Below the pieces are notes generated by a model, which saw only the letters and a program-made list of their open reading frames with translations, was not told where the DNA came from and made no database searches. From Callorhinchus milii (lineage: Eukaryota), in contig NW_024704742.1 of assembly GCF_018977255.1 (NCBI RefSeq), forward strand, positions 9,178,001 through 9,242,000: a stretch of 64,000 nt of DNA. The letters are read 5' to 3'. Both the position numbers and the translations under genes were made by a program. Position 1 is the stretch's first letter. Each line of letters begins with the position of its first letter. Positions 50,701-63,246 of the stretch are shown piece by piece.

Positions 50701-52779
50701 GTAGCAATTATCGCCTTGGGACATTCTCCCAAAGTGCAAAATACAAAAGTAATTTGTTGTTTGTTGTTGTCGTTTGGACTCTAAGCAGTTTGGGACCCTA
50801 CCCCACGTGAAGGGCACTATATAAATGCAAGTTGTTGTTGTTGCCCTCTTGTGCTGCAGTAACCAGAACTATTTGCAGTACCCCAGGTGCTTTCTGAACA
50901 GAGCACTATATAGCCTGTCTAACATCTGGGGTTCAATACCCAACACACACGTCTCAAAGTGCTGTAGTAGTGGAGAAGGGAAATAAGAGATTTGAAGTTG
51001 TCGACTAAAAACACGGTCAGAGGGAGAGATTTTTGAATGTGGGAAGAGAAGTTACAAATGCAAAATTATATTTGTACAGTGCCTTTTACGTCAGGAGCAT
51101 GTCCCGGGGCACTGGATAGTCTGGGATTTGGACCCAAGCTGGTGGGGTTGGAATTAGGGAGGGTGGAGAGCAGGAGGGTGGCAAAGGTGCTGTTGAAGAG
51201 GAGGGTCTTGAGATGTGCTCTCATGGCAATTTGGTTTTGGAAGAAACCAGTATTCCAGAGGATTGGTCATAGTGGACTATTGTTTCTGAGTGGTCTCTTC
51301 AGGATCCTTCAGACACAGATTAGATAGTTTTCTTTTAGGAAATAACATTATGGGTTACAGTACATGGGTAGTTCGGGAGATATATTTGTGCATGCGACCG
51401 CCAGCAAGATGGAAAGCTAACTTGATGGACTTTGGTCTTTTTTTTGTGTAGCATTTCTTTTTGTTCTTATAAGTCTCCCGAATGTCACTGTTGTAGGCAG
51501 AGTTATACTACATTGGAGCAGTAGCTGGAAACCTACTTGCACATTAAACATCTGTAGTATCCTCTGTTGAGGTCAGCATCCAGCATCCTACAGTGACTGA
51601 TGACTCCTGGAGGCAACAGTTTCTCAATTTCTATGCTAATGTTCACCTTATACTGTAATGATAATAATATTTCAGACATTCCAAGGAAGATTCGATAAGC
51701 TCAGAATGTGTGCTTTATTGTTAAAAGTACTGAAAACCCAAATTATGGACTGGCTGTTGCAGAAAATCACATCCAGTTTCGATTTGCTTGTGAAGTCCAC
51801 TGTTTCCGCACATTAAAACAGAAAAAGAAATGCATTTTTATACCTGTTTCATACAAATACACCTTCATACCTGCTTAATGAAATGCAGCAGAACAGTGAC
51901 AACAATAAGCACAATGTGTCATTACCTACTTGATTTAACAGAAGGTTTTGTTTACCTCACCCACTCTTTATCTGCCTTTTTTCTCCCACCTTAAGACCTA
52001 ACTCTTTGACTGCTCCTATGGTTATTTCACCCTTGTTTCCCTTGCTTGGTGCCCAAATGGTCTGACACTTTATTTAATTACTGGAGACGTTATTCAATAT
52101 AGTATGCCCTGAGTATCACACTGGTAGGGGACATGTCCATTACAAAAGAATGAAGATAGTAGGAAATGTTTACACTGTCTATACTCCATGCCATGATAGC
52201 ATTTTTATCCTAATTGTATTACAGAAAGTGACATAACGCCTGATGGAAAGATAATCTATGTAACAATCCAGACACACTACATTAAAAACTGACCTGGACT
52301 TCCATAACTACACTTATCTAGGCTGTCCCAGGTCTATTTGCAAGCACAATTTAATTTTAGGTGTAACCCTCGAGACAGATCCAATTTTCCTACATGCATA
52401 TTGATTGGTTCACAGAGTACAGATTTTGTTTGGTGGGGAGAGGAATAAAGTGCTGAGGCATGTCCTTTACAAGTGAATTGTTCTCTAAGTCTGCCCAGTC
52501 TTGCTGAGCTATTTATCAGCAATTAGAATGCAAAGTACCAGAGAGGGTTGAGAAATCATAGGAAGTCTAGACTCTACCGGCATATATCAGTTCACTTGTG
52601 GAATGTATTCTATTTCTGATCCTGAAGGTATTGTTATTGCATAACTGAAAGGCTAGCTGTCAAAACCCGTTACCTCTTTTAAGGGAAATTGTGTAGCTTT
52701 GGAGATTTAAATCTGGTATTATTTTTTCCCTCTTTTAGATTTCATGTGACTAGAGATTAGTATAAAAAAGAGAAACAAA

Positions 52780-53005
52780 TTAAGAACATAGGAGCATAAA
52801 AAATGCTAGACGAAAAAAAGACCAAGATCCATCAAGTTTGTCTTCCACCTTCCTGGCGGTCGCAAGCACATGTGTCCCAAGCTACCTATGTACTGTATCC
52901 CATACGTTATTTCCTAAAAGAAAACTATCTAATCTGTGTTTGAAGGAATCAACGCTTCCTGCTTCAATCGTCTCCCGAGGGAGCCTGTTCCACAGGTTCA
53001 CTTTT
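52780..53005 (-). mobile_element. CR1 LINE 3' end (same subfamily as 14561-15510)
   Basis: Shares gttatttcctaaaagaaaactatctaa and gagcctgttcca with 14680-14780; a plus-strand relative lies at about 51320-51472. Confidence 0.9.
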
Positions 53006-53042
53006 CAATTGTATGTTGATGCTTCCAATGCATTGATGCTAG

Positions 53043-53475
53043 TGTCAGGCTACCTTAGTCGGAGCACTCTTGCCCCTGAGCCAGAAAGTTGTAGGTTCAA
53101 GCCCCACACCTGGCCTTTGAACTCACATAGTCCAAGATGACACTCCAATGCAGTGCTGGAGGTGTGTTTCTTTGTTAGACGTGCTGTCCTTTGAATGGGA
53201 CATTAAACAAAGGTCTGTCTGGCTGTTCAAGTGGACTTTAAGGGATCCATGGCACTATTTGGAAAGCGAAGGGAGTTTCTCCCATGCCCTGGCCAGCAAT
53301 CAATCCCCAGATCTAATTGATCATTCACTTCATAGCAGTTTGTGTGACATGGTTTGGGGAAATTGCATTTGCATTTGCTTACAAAACACACATTCACTTA
53401 CTAGACTTAATAGTAATTGCTGTAAACCACATTGAAACAAACACGTTCCTGATGTACTGGCAAATGCAAGGATTT
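53043..53475 (+). mobile_element. Deu-domain SINE, near full length
   Basis: Head ...gcactcttgcccctgagccagaaagttgtaggttcaagcccc, core and tail. Confidence 0.8.
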
Positions 53476-53675
53476 ATTTGATTTTGAAGGGACAGCTTGT
53501 CAAATGGAGTCACTGTGCACCAGATATTGGTTAGGGGCAGTCATCACAAGTAGCTTTGTTCTGCACTGGCATTTTATAGGAGAGTGGACAGGGATCCACA
53601 ATGTGCTTCCATGCCAATAAAATAGCTTCAGACTTTCATCGTGACTTGCAGACCTCCCTGCAATCTGGCAACAGT

Positions 53676-53882
53676 TATAATAATAATAGTAATAATCCTT
53701 ACACCTGATATAGCGCCTTATCATGTCCTCGAGATGTCTCAAAGCGTTTCACAGAATATACTGTACTGTGAATTGACTGTATATTTTGTGTGTGAATCAC
53801 GGCAGCCAATTGCGGACAGCAGTGTCCCACAATCATGGATTGAATGATCAAATTATTATTTTTTTAAATTATATTTTTTGGA
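53676..53882 (-). mobile_element. SINE family A 3' half
   Basis: Body and tail match family A. Confidence 0.85.
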
Positions 53883-54351
53883 AGTAAAAGAGGAAACTGC
53901 AAGTTCTGGGAGTGGGTTTGGCAAATAGGCAAATGTGAAAGAGGCCTAAGCAAGGCATTTTGACTAGATTTGCACTCCCCTTTTCCTCACCAACAAACAA
54001 GAAAATAAGACGTTCCCAAAACTGAGATTTTCTTACTTTTCTGAATCCTTTTCATCAATGCATCATTTAGCAAAACAATTATCAAAAAAATTAAAAGATG
54101 GAAACATTACTGCTTGTAATTATAGTAATGGATCTTTGATGATCGGAATCTTAACAACTCAAGCCTGGGACATTTGAATAATTGGCAAAGTCAGTGTTCA
54201 TAGTGAAATTACTAATATTGCAGAGCTCCATCAGATAGAGGAGTGAATGATTACTATTTGGCTTGGTTCTTTATTTGGTGAATATAATTAGCTTCCTTAG
54301 TAATTCTGTGTTTAGCCTTGCGGCATTTTCAATACTCCAAGATGCTATCTC

Positions 54352-54572
54352 AACAACAACTTGCACTTATAGGGCACCCACCAAACAGGGTAACATCTCA
54401 GAAGCTTAACAGTGGCGGAGCCTGACTCCAAGCCGGAAGTGGGTTGGGGTGGGGGGCGCGGGGCGGAGATGGCTGTAAGCATGGTCATAGACGAAGATTT
54501 TCAGGCGGGACTGAAAAAGGGGAGAGAGGAGGCAAGGCGGAGCGACTGGGTGGGAGCATTCCAGAGTTAAAG
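54352..54572 (-). mobile_element. L2 LINE 3' end
   Basis: (CAA)n tail on the plus strand; ctctggaatgctccc...cttgcctcctctctc on the minus strand. Confidence 0.7.
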
Positions 54573-54932
54573 GGCGCTTTAACCCGTGTGAAGGGTGCTG
54601 TATAGATGAAAGTTGTTGTTCTTTGCATTCTTTGAATCAGTGAACTAGTTCTCACTTCCAATCTTCTTTTACCCCTTGAATTCCAATCCTGTTTTTTCTA
54701 ACCTAATTTCTACTGTTAACTGACTGCAGACATGCTTTCCCCATCGAACAATCTGGCATGTTAGTTGACCATCTGGACCATCCTACCCTTTTTAGAGCTT
54801 TCACTCATGAGATTGAACACACATTTACACTACAAATCTCCCATGAGTTATTGTCAACTTGTTTGGCTTTACCAGGCATGTCTCCCCAGAGATGGTCCAG
54901 CTCCAGGGAAATCCTGGTTAATTGCAGTAATG

Positions 54933-55210
54933 TAATAATAATAATCCTTGCATTTGATATAGCGTCATATTAATTCTTCGAGACGTCTCAAAGTGCTTCA
55001 CAGAATATACTGTCAAGTGAATTGACTGTATATTTTGTGGATGAAACGCGATAGTCGTGGATTGAGTTACCAAATTATTTTTATTTGTTTTGAAGGAATT
55101 ATTACCCCCGAAAAGGCGATCTGCCAATCGACTAACAATTGGGTTCGTACTTACTGCTAGGCAAACAGAGACGTGTGGAGTAAAGAAACTTGTCCAATGT
55201 TTCGCCCTGC
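54933..55210 (-). mobile_element. SINE family A, long form, head missing
   Basis: Abuts the L2 at ttcgccctgc|tctgtccttggc. Confidence 0.85.
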
Positions 55211-56209
55211 TCTGTCCTTGGCCCTCTCCTCTTTAATATCTACGTGCTCCCCCTTAGTGACATCATCTGCAGACATGGGGTCAACTTCCATATATATGTG
55301 GATGACACCCAACTCTATCTTTCTGCCTCCACCCTCAACTCCAGGACCACTGCTGTCCTGACAGACTGTCTGTCAGACATCAAGTTCTGGATGAGAGCAA
55401 ATTTCCTACAGTTGAATGTGAATAAGACTGAGGCACTCCTGATTGGCTCACACCAGCGCCTCAGCACCTCAGGCTCTGGGAGCATCAACCTCCATGGTTG
55501 CACACTTCAACTCACCAAACCAGTCAGGAACCTCGGTGTCTTGTTCGACCCTCAACTGTCTTTTCTTCCCCACATCCAAACTATGACCCGCTCTGCCTTC
55601 CCTCACCTCCGTAACATCGTCCGACTTCGCCACTACCTCACCCCTCAGGCCTCTGAAACTCTTGTTCATGCCTTCATCACCTCCAGGCTCGACTATGCAA
55701 ACGTCCTGCTTGTCGGCCTTCCCAATTCCTCCCTCCACAGGCTGCAGATAATCCAGAACTCTGCAGCCCGTGTCCTCTCCCGCACCAAACTCCGTGACCC
55801 ATCTCCCACATTCTTACCCGACTCCATTGGCTCCCTATCCTTCAGAGGATCCAGTTCAAGACCCTGGTCTTCAAATACAAACCCCTCCATGGCCTCCTCT
55901 CACCCTACCTCTGTGACCTCATAACCCCCTATCAACCCGCCCGTTCCCTCCTCTCAGCCGGCTCTGGCCTGCTCCACGTCCCCCGACCCACCCACCATTG
56001 GCGGGAGAGCCTTCAGCCACTTTGCCCCCAACCTCTGGAATTCAATCCCCCAATCACTCCCCTTCGCCTGTCCTTAGTCTCCTTCAAGTCCCGCCTCAAG
56101 ACCCTCCTCTTCGACCATGCCGTTGGTCACCCCCTTCCCCTCCCTTCTCCCTCCCGGACCCCAGCTTGGGTCTGAAATGCTGTACACTGTCCAACGCCTT
56201 GGGACGTCC
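55209..56209 (+). mobile_element. L2 LINE, 5'-truncated RT/C-terminus
   Basis: ORF 55190..55924: [49 protein letters not shown] and IQNSAAR; frameshifted downstream. Confidence 0.95.
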
Positions 56210-56319
56210 ACAAATATACAGTCAATTCACTTTACAGTGTATTCTGTGAAGCGCTTTGGGACGTCCTCCTGACATGATAAGCGCTATATCAAATGCAAGG
56301 ATTATTATTATTATTATTA
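56209..56319 (+). mobile_element. SINE family A 3' tail fused to L2
   Basis: cacaaatatacagtcaattc...gggacgtcctcctgacatgataagcgctatatcaaatgcaagg(att)n. Confidence 0.9.
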
Positions 56320-57309
56320 CATGGTTTATGCTAATGATTGTGACGTCCTATAGTTGTGCTGGTAAACGGTGGGAACCTGGAGCATACAGCAAAGAGCAGA
56401 GAAGTGTTATATTTTATCCTCTTGTCTCTTGTCTTTATCTATACCAGTTCTTGAAACTCATCCTGTTCGCAGATGTGGTCATCAGCATTTTTCTCATTAA
56501 TTCTCCTTTTATCCTTTGAGTTCTTGAGTCCTTAATAATGTCACATTCAGGATGAGTTGACTATCGCTATTTGAGAGAGAGACATTATTTGCTCCATGTA
56601 AATGTTGCACTTGTATGCATTTCTAATGAGTTCATGCAGAATATTGTGTCAATGTAATGGAAAGTGAGGTGGGTTTATTTGACACGTTATTTGTTGTTTA
56701 TGCATCGTGCCCCCATATACACCAATTTAGCACGGGACCCTTGAATTTTTTTACTATAATTTCTGTCAAATGTTGGGGCACCTGAATCCTCTGTGGTCTT
56801 TAAGCATTGTTGCACCTGTCCCAGTAGTCCTGGAGTTGAGGGTGGAGGCAGGATGTCACTGTATTATTTTATTTTTGGTCAGTCAGGTGTCTGACACATG
56901 CGTCTAACAGTATTAGGTGCGGGTAATCTCTTCAATATAATAAAACACATTCATTTTATTATATTGAAGAAATTATACAATATTTAAATAAGGAATATAG
57001 GGTTGTATAGGACCAGAATGGATCATTGTGGTTCAGCCAAAAGCAAACTTGTTTAATTGATGTTTTCAACTCGATGCTGTAAAATCTTCAGCCTCGCCTT
57101 AAACCTGCAGTGGAATTTGTAAAGTAACTATGCTGTGCAACATACATTCCAGCACTAGGACTTTGGTCACCCGTGTATATGTGTTTTGTGTGCCACACTT
57201 GGAATGTAGCACACTTAATCCTGTGAGTTTCTTTGTATTGTGTGCAGTAATGACCTCTACATATGCTGAGGGCTGCTGATGCCTGGAACTCCTCCAGTGT
57301 GTATATTTG

Positions 57310-57850
57310 CAGACTAATGTAAAGAATTCATTTTGCACATCTGCTATTTCCTGATCCTTAATATTTCCACCCAATCTAGGCCTCGGAGGACTTATCTAGT
57401 CATTAACAATCTGTCTACTTTGCACAGAGCTTCAAAAAGTCTTTGGATTCCTCTTGCTGCTGGCTATAATCTGCCTTTCCGCTGTTCTTTTCCTCCCTTT
57501 TAATACAAGCTCTAGTCGGCCTCCGCTGACTTCTATATGGCTCCCAGGTCTCGAAACGTTTCGATTCCTTATAGCTTTTAAAATTAATTTGCTTCACCTT
57601 GGGTTGTTTTTGACCTTAATAAACCATAAGGGTCTCATTGAGGAGCACTGTAAAACATCATTGAACACTGTTTCTCATAGAGAACTCCAGGAACGCTTCT
57701 CTGAACCACTCTTTTTTATTTTCTGTGTTTTCCTATTTATTCTCCCTAGGTCTTTCCTTGTAGCTGTAAAGTTGTCTCTTTCTTCAAATACTGTAGTTGT
57801 TTTCTTCCTCTTTTGTTACATGAAGTCTAACTGGACATGTGCACTATAAA
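57310..57850 (-). mobile_element. CR1 LINE ORF2 internal fragment (between endonuclease and RT)
   Basis: Decayed motifs including DQEIADVQNEFFTLV and an NPK-F-like segment. Confidence 0.65.
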
Positions 57851-57862
57851 CTAAGGATTCCT

Positions 57863-58247
57863 GGAGTCCTGTAGTTCATTGGTTAAAACACTGGCCTCGC
57901 AAGCGAGAGACCTAGGTTTGATTCCCGGGCAGGACAGGGCAAAAAGTTGAGCAAGTTTCCTTACTCCACATACCTCTGTTTACCTAGCAGTAACTAGGAA
58001 CCCATTTGTTAATTGATTGGCAGATTGTTTTTCCGACGATAAAAATTCATTCCAAAATAAATAATAATAATAAATTGGTCACTTCAATCCATGATTGTTT
58101 GTGGGACACTGCTTCGCACAATTGGCTGCTGCGTTTTTCCCACATAAAATATACAGCCATTTCACTTTACAGTATATTCCGTGAAGCACTTTGAGACGTC
58201 TCGAAGATGTGATAAGGCACAATATCAAGTACAATGATTATTATTAT
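57863..58247 (+). mobile_element. SINE family A, long form
   Basis: Runs from head to tail. Confidence 0.9.
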
Positions 58248-58342
58248 TCCCCGTTTCCAATGTGATAGGTGAGTTCTGTTGGACACTGAAAGATTACATT
58301 TGATATAACATTTGCTGTGATTCTCCACTCAACACATTGCTT

Positions 58343-58662
58343 TATAATAATAATAATAATACTTGCATTTGATATAGCGCTTTTCGGAAGGACATCCCAA
58401 AGCGCTTCACAGAACACACTGTAAAGTGAATTGACTGTATATTTGTGGGCGAACGCGGCAGCCAATTGCGCACAGCAATGTCCCACAAACAGTCGTAGAT
58501 TGAAAATGACCAATTTTATTATTGTTTTTGGTTTCGGAGGGATTATTATTAGGCTCTGTGTGGAGTAAGGAAACTTGCCCAAGGTTTCGCCCTCTGCCTG
58601 GAATTGAACTCAGGTCTCTCGCTTGCAAAGCGAGTGCTCTAACCACTGAGCTACAGAACTCC
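58343..58662 (-). mobile_element. SINE family A, short form
   Basis: Head to tail; gggatgtccttcc tail variant. Confidence 0.9.
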
Positions 58663-58819
58663 AACCAGCTTTGTCAACCAGCTGCAGGTTACTGCTCTAA
58701 AATGATTTGTGCTTCCAATCTGCCTCTTTGGACCTTGTTGCTCTGACCATCTTACCTTGAAGGACTGTCTGCCGATGCATGAAGTATCTTCACTGCTCTC
58801 ACTTTGCCAAGATCACCGT

Positions 58820-59140
58820 GGAGTCCTGTAGCTCAGTGGTGAGAGCGCTCGCCTCACAAGCGAGAGACCTGGGTTTGATTCGCGGCTGGTGGGCGAAACC
58901 TGTGGCAAGTTTCCTTAATTCACACACCTGATAATAATCCCTCAAGAAATAAAAATAGAATAACAATTTGGTCACTCAATCCACAACTGTTTGTGGGACG
59001 CTGCTGTGCGCAATTTCCTGCCGCGTTTCGTCCACAAATATACAGTCAATTCACTTTACAGTATATTCGGTGAAGCGCTTTGAGACGTCTAGAAGAGTGA
59101 AAAGTGCTATTTCAAATGCAAGGATTATTATTATTATTTA
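58820..59140 (+). mobile_element. SINE family A, short form
   Basis: Runs from head to tail. Confidence 0.9.
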
Positions 59141-60074
59141 TTATCATCTTGCCTCCACTGGTGGCTGTCACTGACCAAGACCTGACATAGTTCTCCAGGG
59201 ATCCTCCCTGCAGATGGGACAAGTTAAAAGCAATTCTATGTTCTGCTCGTAAGCCGAATAATTATCCCCTCCAATATTCATTCTGCTTGAAATTTCCCTG
59301 GCCTTTCTCCTGACTGCAGGAAGCTAGCAAACCCATTTGGAGACTGCTTGCTGAGACTGCATGGGCTTTGATAATTGTCCCTCTTGTGATCTGTCCATAT
59401 GCTGATCGCCTGTATGGGAAACGGCATCACCATTTTGGATCCTTATGTGTTTCTGCAAACTTCTACAAAGTTTCTGCAGCCAGAAAACTCTCCCAAATGC
59501 CCTTGAGGAGTGGAGCATTTTAAAAATCAAGCAATTTCTTCCCTTGTTGGAAGAATTTGTTCAGTCCATGATATCTGTCTACCTGTTCTTTCCCTGAAAT
59601 AGATAGCCAGCAGAACTGCGTCCTTACTTAGCTGTGCCCTTCGTGCTCATGTTAATTAACACTCTGACACTAAATGCGTTGAATTTTCTGTGGGGTGCCA
59701 TGGAATTATGTGCTGCCAGAATGACTATTTACATTTTAATACTACTTTTTTTCTGCTGCATTTCGTGCCAATGTTGCTGTTGTGCTGGTTTGCAGAGGAG
59801 CCAATCCTGAGGATTACAAGAAGTTTTTCTTTAAATATATTTTTAGAAGCTAACAAATTGTAGGAAATACTTTGAAAGCCACCTGGGACCGGTGCCCAGT
59901 TAGGGATGCATTTCATTATGTGTTGTGTTTCGTAAGTGATAACTCGGAACAGCAGCATAAATACTTGAGAACTGCAGAATTTTAAATTCCGAGTTAACTG
60001 CTGTGAAAGGCATTGGCTGTGTGGTGCTCAGAAAATCACCTTCGTCATAAGCTCTGCTTACTCAATTCTTACCT

Positions 60075-60269
60075 AGACAGACTGCAGACCATCCAGAAGT
60101 CTGCAGCCTGTACCCTCTCCCACAACAGGCTCCTTGAGCCTATTAACTCCATCCTCGCCCACAAAATGTACAGTCAATTCACTTTACAATATATTCTGTG
60201 AAGTGCTGTGAGAAATCTCGAAAATGTGATAAGGTACTAAATCAAATGCAAGGATTATTATTGTTGTTG

Positions 60270-60309
<40 letters not shown>

Positions 60310-60670
60310 CCTCCTCACTTGGCTTCACTGGCTCCCCATCCCCCAGCATATTGAGTTAAAGATCCTCGTTCTTTCAAATCCTTCCACCCTAGCTTCACGA
60401 CTTCCTTCAACCATACAACCTCCCTTTGCTCAGCGAGTACTGACTCGCTTCACATCTCCCACCCTACCCACCCCACCATCAGGTGATTAACCTATCTGCC
60501 TCCACTTTCTGCAACTCCTTCCTGCCTCACCTAATTCAAAGCTCATCTCAAAACGTACCTCTTTGATTGCACTTTCATCACCCTTCCCCTGCCCCCCAAC
60601 TTGGATATTCAGCCAACATTGTCAAGATCTTTGAGAGATTCTCCCAATATGAAAGTCACTGTTTAAACGT
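60075..60670 (+). mobile_element. Old L2 fragment interrupted by a SINE A 3' piece (about 60155-60309)
   Basis: RLQTIQKSAA..INSILA | SINE | LHWLPI..IELKILV. Confidence 0.75.
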
Positions 60671-60944
60671 GAATTGAATTATACATTTGATATAGCACCT
60701 TTCATGTCAGGAGGACATCTTAAAGCACTTTTTACTGTGTGTATTGTGGGTGATTGCAGCAGTCGGTTTGCCCCATAGCAATTTCCCACAAACAGCCATG
60801 AAGTATTTAGGGATTGTTGGTCAGGACACCAGAAGAAAAATGTTTTGAATAATGCCTTGGCTTGGGATCGTTAACGCCCACCTGAACAGTAGGCCAGACC
60901 TCAGTTTAACGTGTAATTTGAAGGACATATGTATTATTGGGCAA

Positions 60945-61040
60945 AAAAAAGTAACTGAGAACACACAGCAGGTCAGGCAGCATCTATGGAAAAAGGAAAA
61001 TGAGTTAACGTTTCAGGTCGATGACCTTTCATCAGAACTA
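60945..61040. mobile_element. Penelope-like element terminal-repeat fragment
   Basis: cagcaggtcaggcagcatctatgga...gagttaacgtttcaggtcgatgacctttcatcagaact, recalled from chondrichthyan Penelope-like repeats; contains a hammerhead core. Confidence 0.7.
61003..61039 (-). ncRNA. Minimal type I hammerhead ribozyme motif
   Basis: AGUU-CUGAUGA-A-AGGUC-AUC-GACCU-GAAA-CGUU-AACU: core boxes, 5-bp helix II, 4-bp helix I, palindromic AACGUU helix III remnant. Confidence 0.75.
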
Positions 61041-61098
61041 TTTGTACTATTTGTCAGCTCAGTTATAGGTCCAGATCCTGACCAACAATCCTTTAGAT

Positions 61099-61453
61099 GG
61101 AGTCTTGCAGCTTAGTGGTTAGAGCACTCGCCTCACAAGCGAGAGGATCTGGGTTTGATTCCTGGCTGGGGCGAAATCTTAGGCAAGTTTCCTTACACCT
61201 CTTGCCTCTGTTTACCTAGCAGTAAGTAGGAACCCAATTGTTAGTTGATTGGCGGGCTGCTTTCTTAAAATATAAAAATAATTTGGTCACTCAGTCCATG
61301 ACTGTTTGTGGAACACTGTTGTGCTTAATTACCTGCTGTGTTTTGCACCCAAACTATACAATCACTCCAGTTTACAGTTTTTTCTGTGAAGCGCTTTGAG
61401 ACGTCTCATTGATGTGATCAGGCACTATATCAAATGCAAGGATGATAATTATT
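61099..61453 (+). mobile_element. SINE family A, long form
   Basis: Runs from head to tail. Confidence 0.9.
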
Positions 61454-61919
61454 ATAAAACTGGTCATTCATTCCATGGCTATTTGTTGGAACAGTGCAGA
61501 ATAGATGCTGGAGTTGCCTGATAAAAAACAGTCACTACACTTGAGAGTAATTAACGTAAAATACATCCTCCCGATGTGAAAAGCGCTATACAAATGTAAT
61601 TCTGTTGTTGTTTTATTTCAATATAAAAAGGCAAGTGTTGTATTCTTTCTTTGTAACTTTATTTCTTACTCTGAGTGCAAAGGTTTCCTGCTCGGAGGCA
61701 GTGGGTGTGTGGTCCAGTTGGCTGCAATGTCGCAAGGCTAGTGAAGTGGAAACTAAATCATCCAGGGTTCCTGCTCCTGCTCACTATCAAGTGACCCTGG
61801 CCAGAAACGCACATGCGTTTGGTGAAAGAGGCATCAAGGTCCTGACACTAATATAGCCCGAGAGCATTTGCTGTTGATAACTCTACATAAAGAATGGCCA
61901 CTTGGCCCCATCCATTGTT

Positions 61920-62295
61920 TTATGTGCCCTCCCCCCACCTCTCCGACCTCCTAACCCCATATCAGCCTGTCTACTCCCTCCGCTTGGCAGACATCGGCCT
62001 GCTCCAGGTCCCCTGCACTTGCCGCCCCACCATTGGTGGTCAGGCATTCAGCATCGCCTCCACACTCTGGAACTCTATCCTGCAATCTCTCTGCCTCACC
62101 CCCTCTCTTGCCTCCTTCAAGTCCTGTCTGAAGACCTTCCTGTTCAACCGTGCCTTCAGCCACCCTCCCACCCTCACTGCCCTACCCTCTTGACCCCAAC
62201 TCCCAGCTCGGGTCAAAAAACCCTGATTGTCCAGTGCCCTGGTACTTCTTTCAGACGTGATGGATGCTATACAAGTGTAATTTGTTGTTGTCGTT
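61920..62295 (+). mobile_element. L2 LINE 3' fragment
   Basis: HLSDLLTPYQP..SLR..GGQAFS..LWNSI..FKSCLKTFLF; ttgttg tail. Confidence 0.9.
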
Positions 62296-62929
62296 GTGCA
62301 GTGTTAAGGGTGACCGTCTCGATTGTGGAATGTTTTGTGCCCCCACCCCACTCCTCCATATTGTGCAATGACTTTCCAGACACTGTTCACGGTAACAATG
62401 CTGCAGAAAAACACAGGTCTGTCTTTTGTGGGCAGTTCATAGCATTTAGTCGTTGTCTAAAAGGTTACAATCATTGTTTGAAATGTTAAAATGCACTGCG
62501 CTTGAAAATTGTGTTTTATTATAACCTTTAGCAGAGCAGATGGGGTTGGGGGGAGAACATTTTTCCTCAGGGTGGGGGTGAATGATTCCGGTTGTGTACC
62601 TTGTGAGCAGATTCCTTACTGTCCAATGCCTTGGGATGTCCTCCTGACATGAAAGTCGCTAAACTAATGTAATTTGTTGTTGTGTGGCATTTACAATGCT
62701 GTAGTTGATTTTGTATTGGCTGCTGCATTGGTTACTCACTGATCCTTCCAAAGCAACACTATTTAGTGAAACAACAGAAAAACTATTTTAAAGCATGATT
62801 TGGAAGAAATCCCATCTGATCTAGGTGAGCATGTATCGAATTTCAGTGTCCAGAATTTTTAACCAGTCTTAATTTTAAAGCTGGTTCTCTGTAAGTTTCT
62901 TCTAAAAACTTCAGAAAACTGGCTTTGAA

Positions 62930-63246
62930 ATAATAATAATAATAATCCTTGCATTTGATACAGCACTTTTCACATCTTCTCAATGTCTCAAAACGCTTCA
63001 CATAATAGACTGTAAAGTGAATTGACCGCATATTTGTGGGCGAAACGCGGCAGCCAATTGCACACAGCAGTGTCCCACAAACAGTCGTGGATTGAAAATG
63101 ACCGATTTATTATTGTTTTGTTTTGGAGGGATTATTATTAGGTGTGTGGAGTAAGGAAACTTGCCCAAGGTTTCGCCCTGACTGGAAATGAACCCAGGTG
63201 TCTCGCTTGCCAGGCGAGTGCTCTAACCACTGAGCTACAGGGCTCC
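62930..63246 (-). mobile_element. SINE family A, short form
   Basis: Runs from head to tail. Confidence 0.9.

Noticed and set aside
55190..55924. 244-aa RT-like ORF
   Set aside because: 5'-truncated L2; the start codon comes from an antisense SINE and the C-terminus is frameshifted.
44390..58820. Isolated strong splice signals (donors near 44395 and 58752, acceptor near 46396)
   Set aside because: Such motifs occur often by chance; no convincing paired site and no recognisable peptide.
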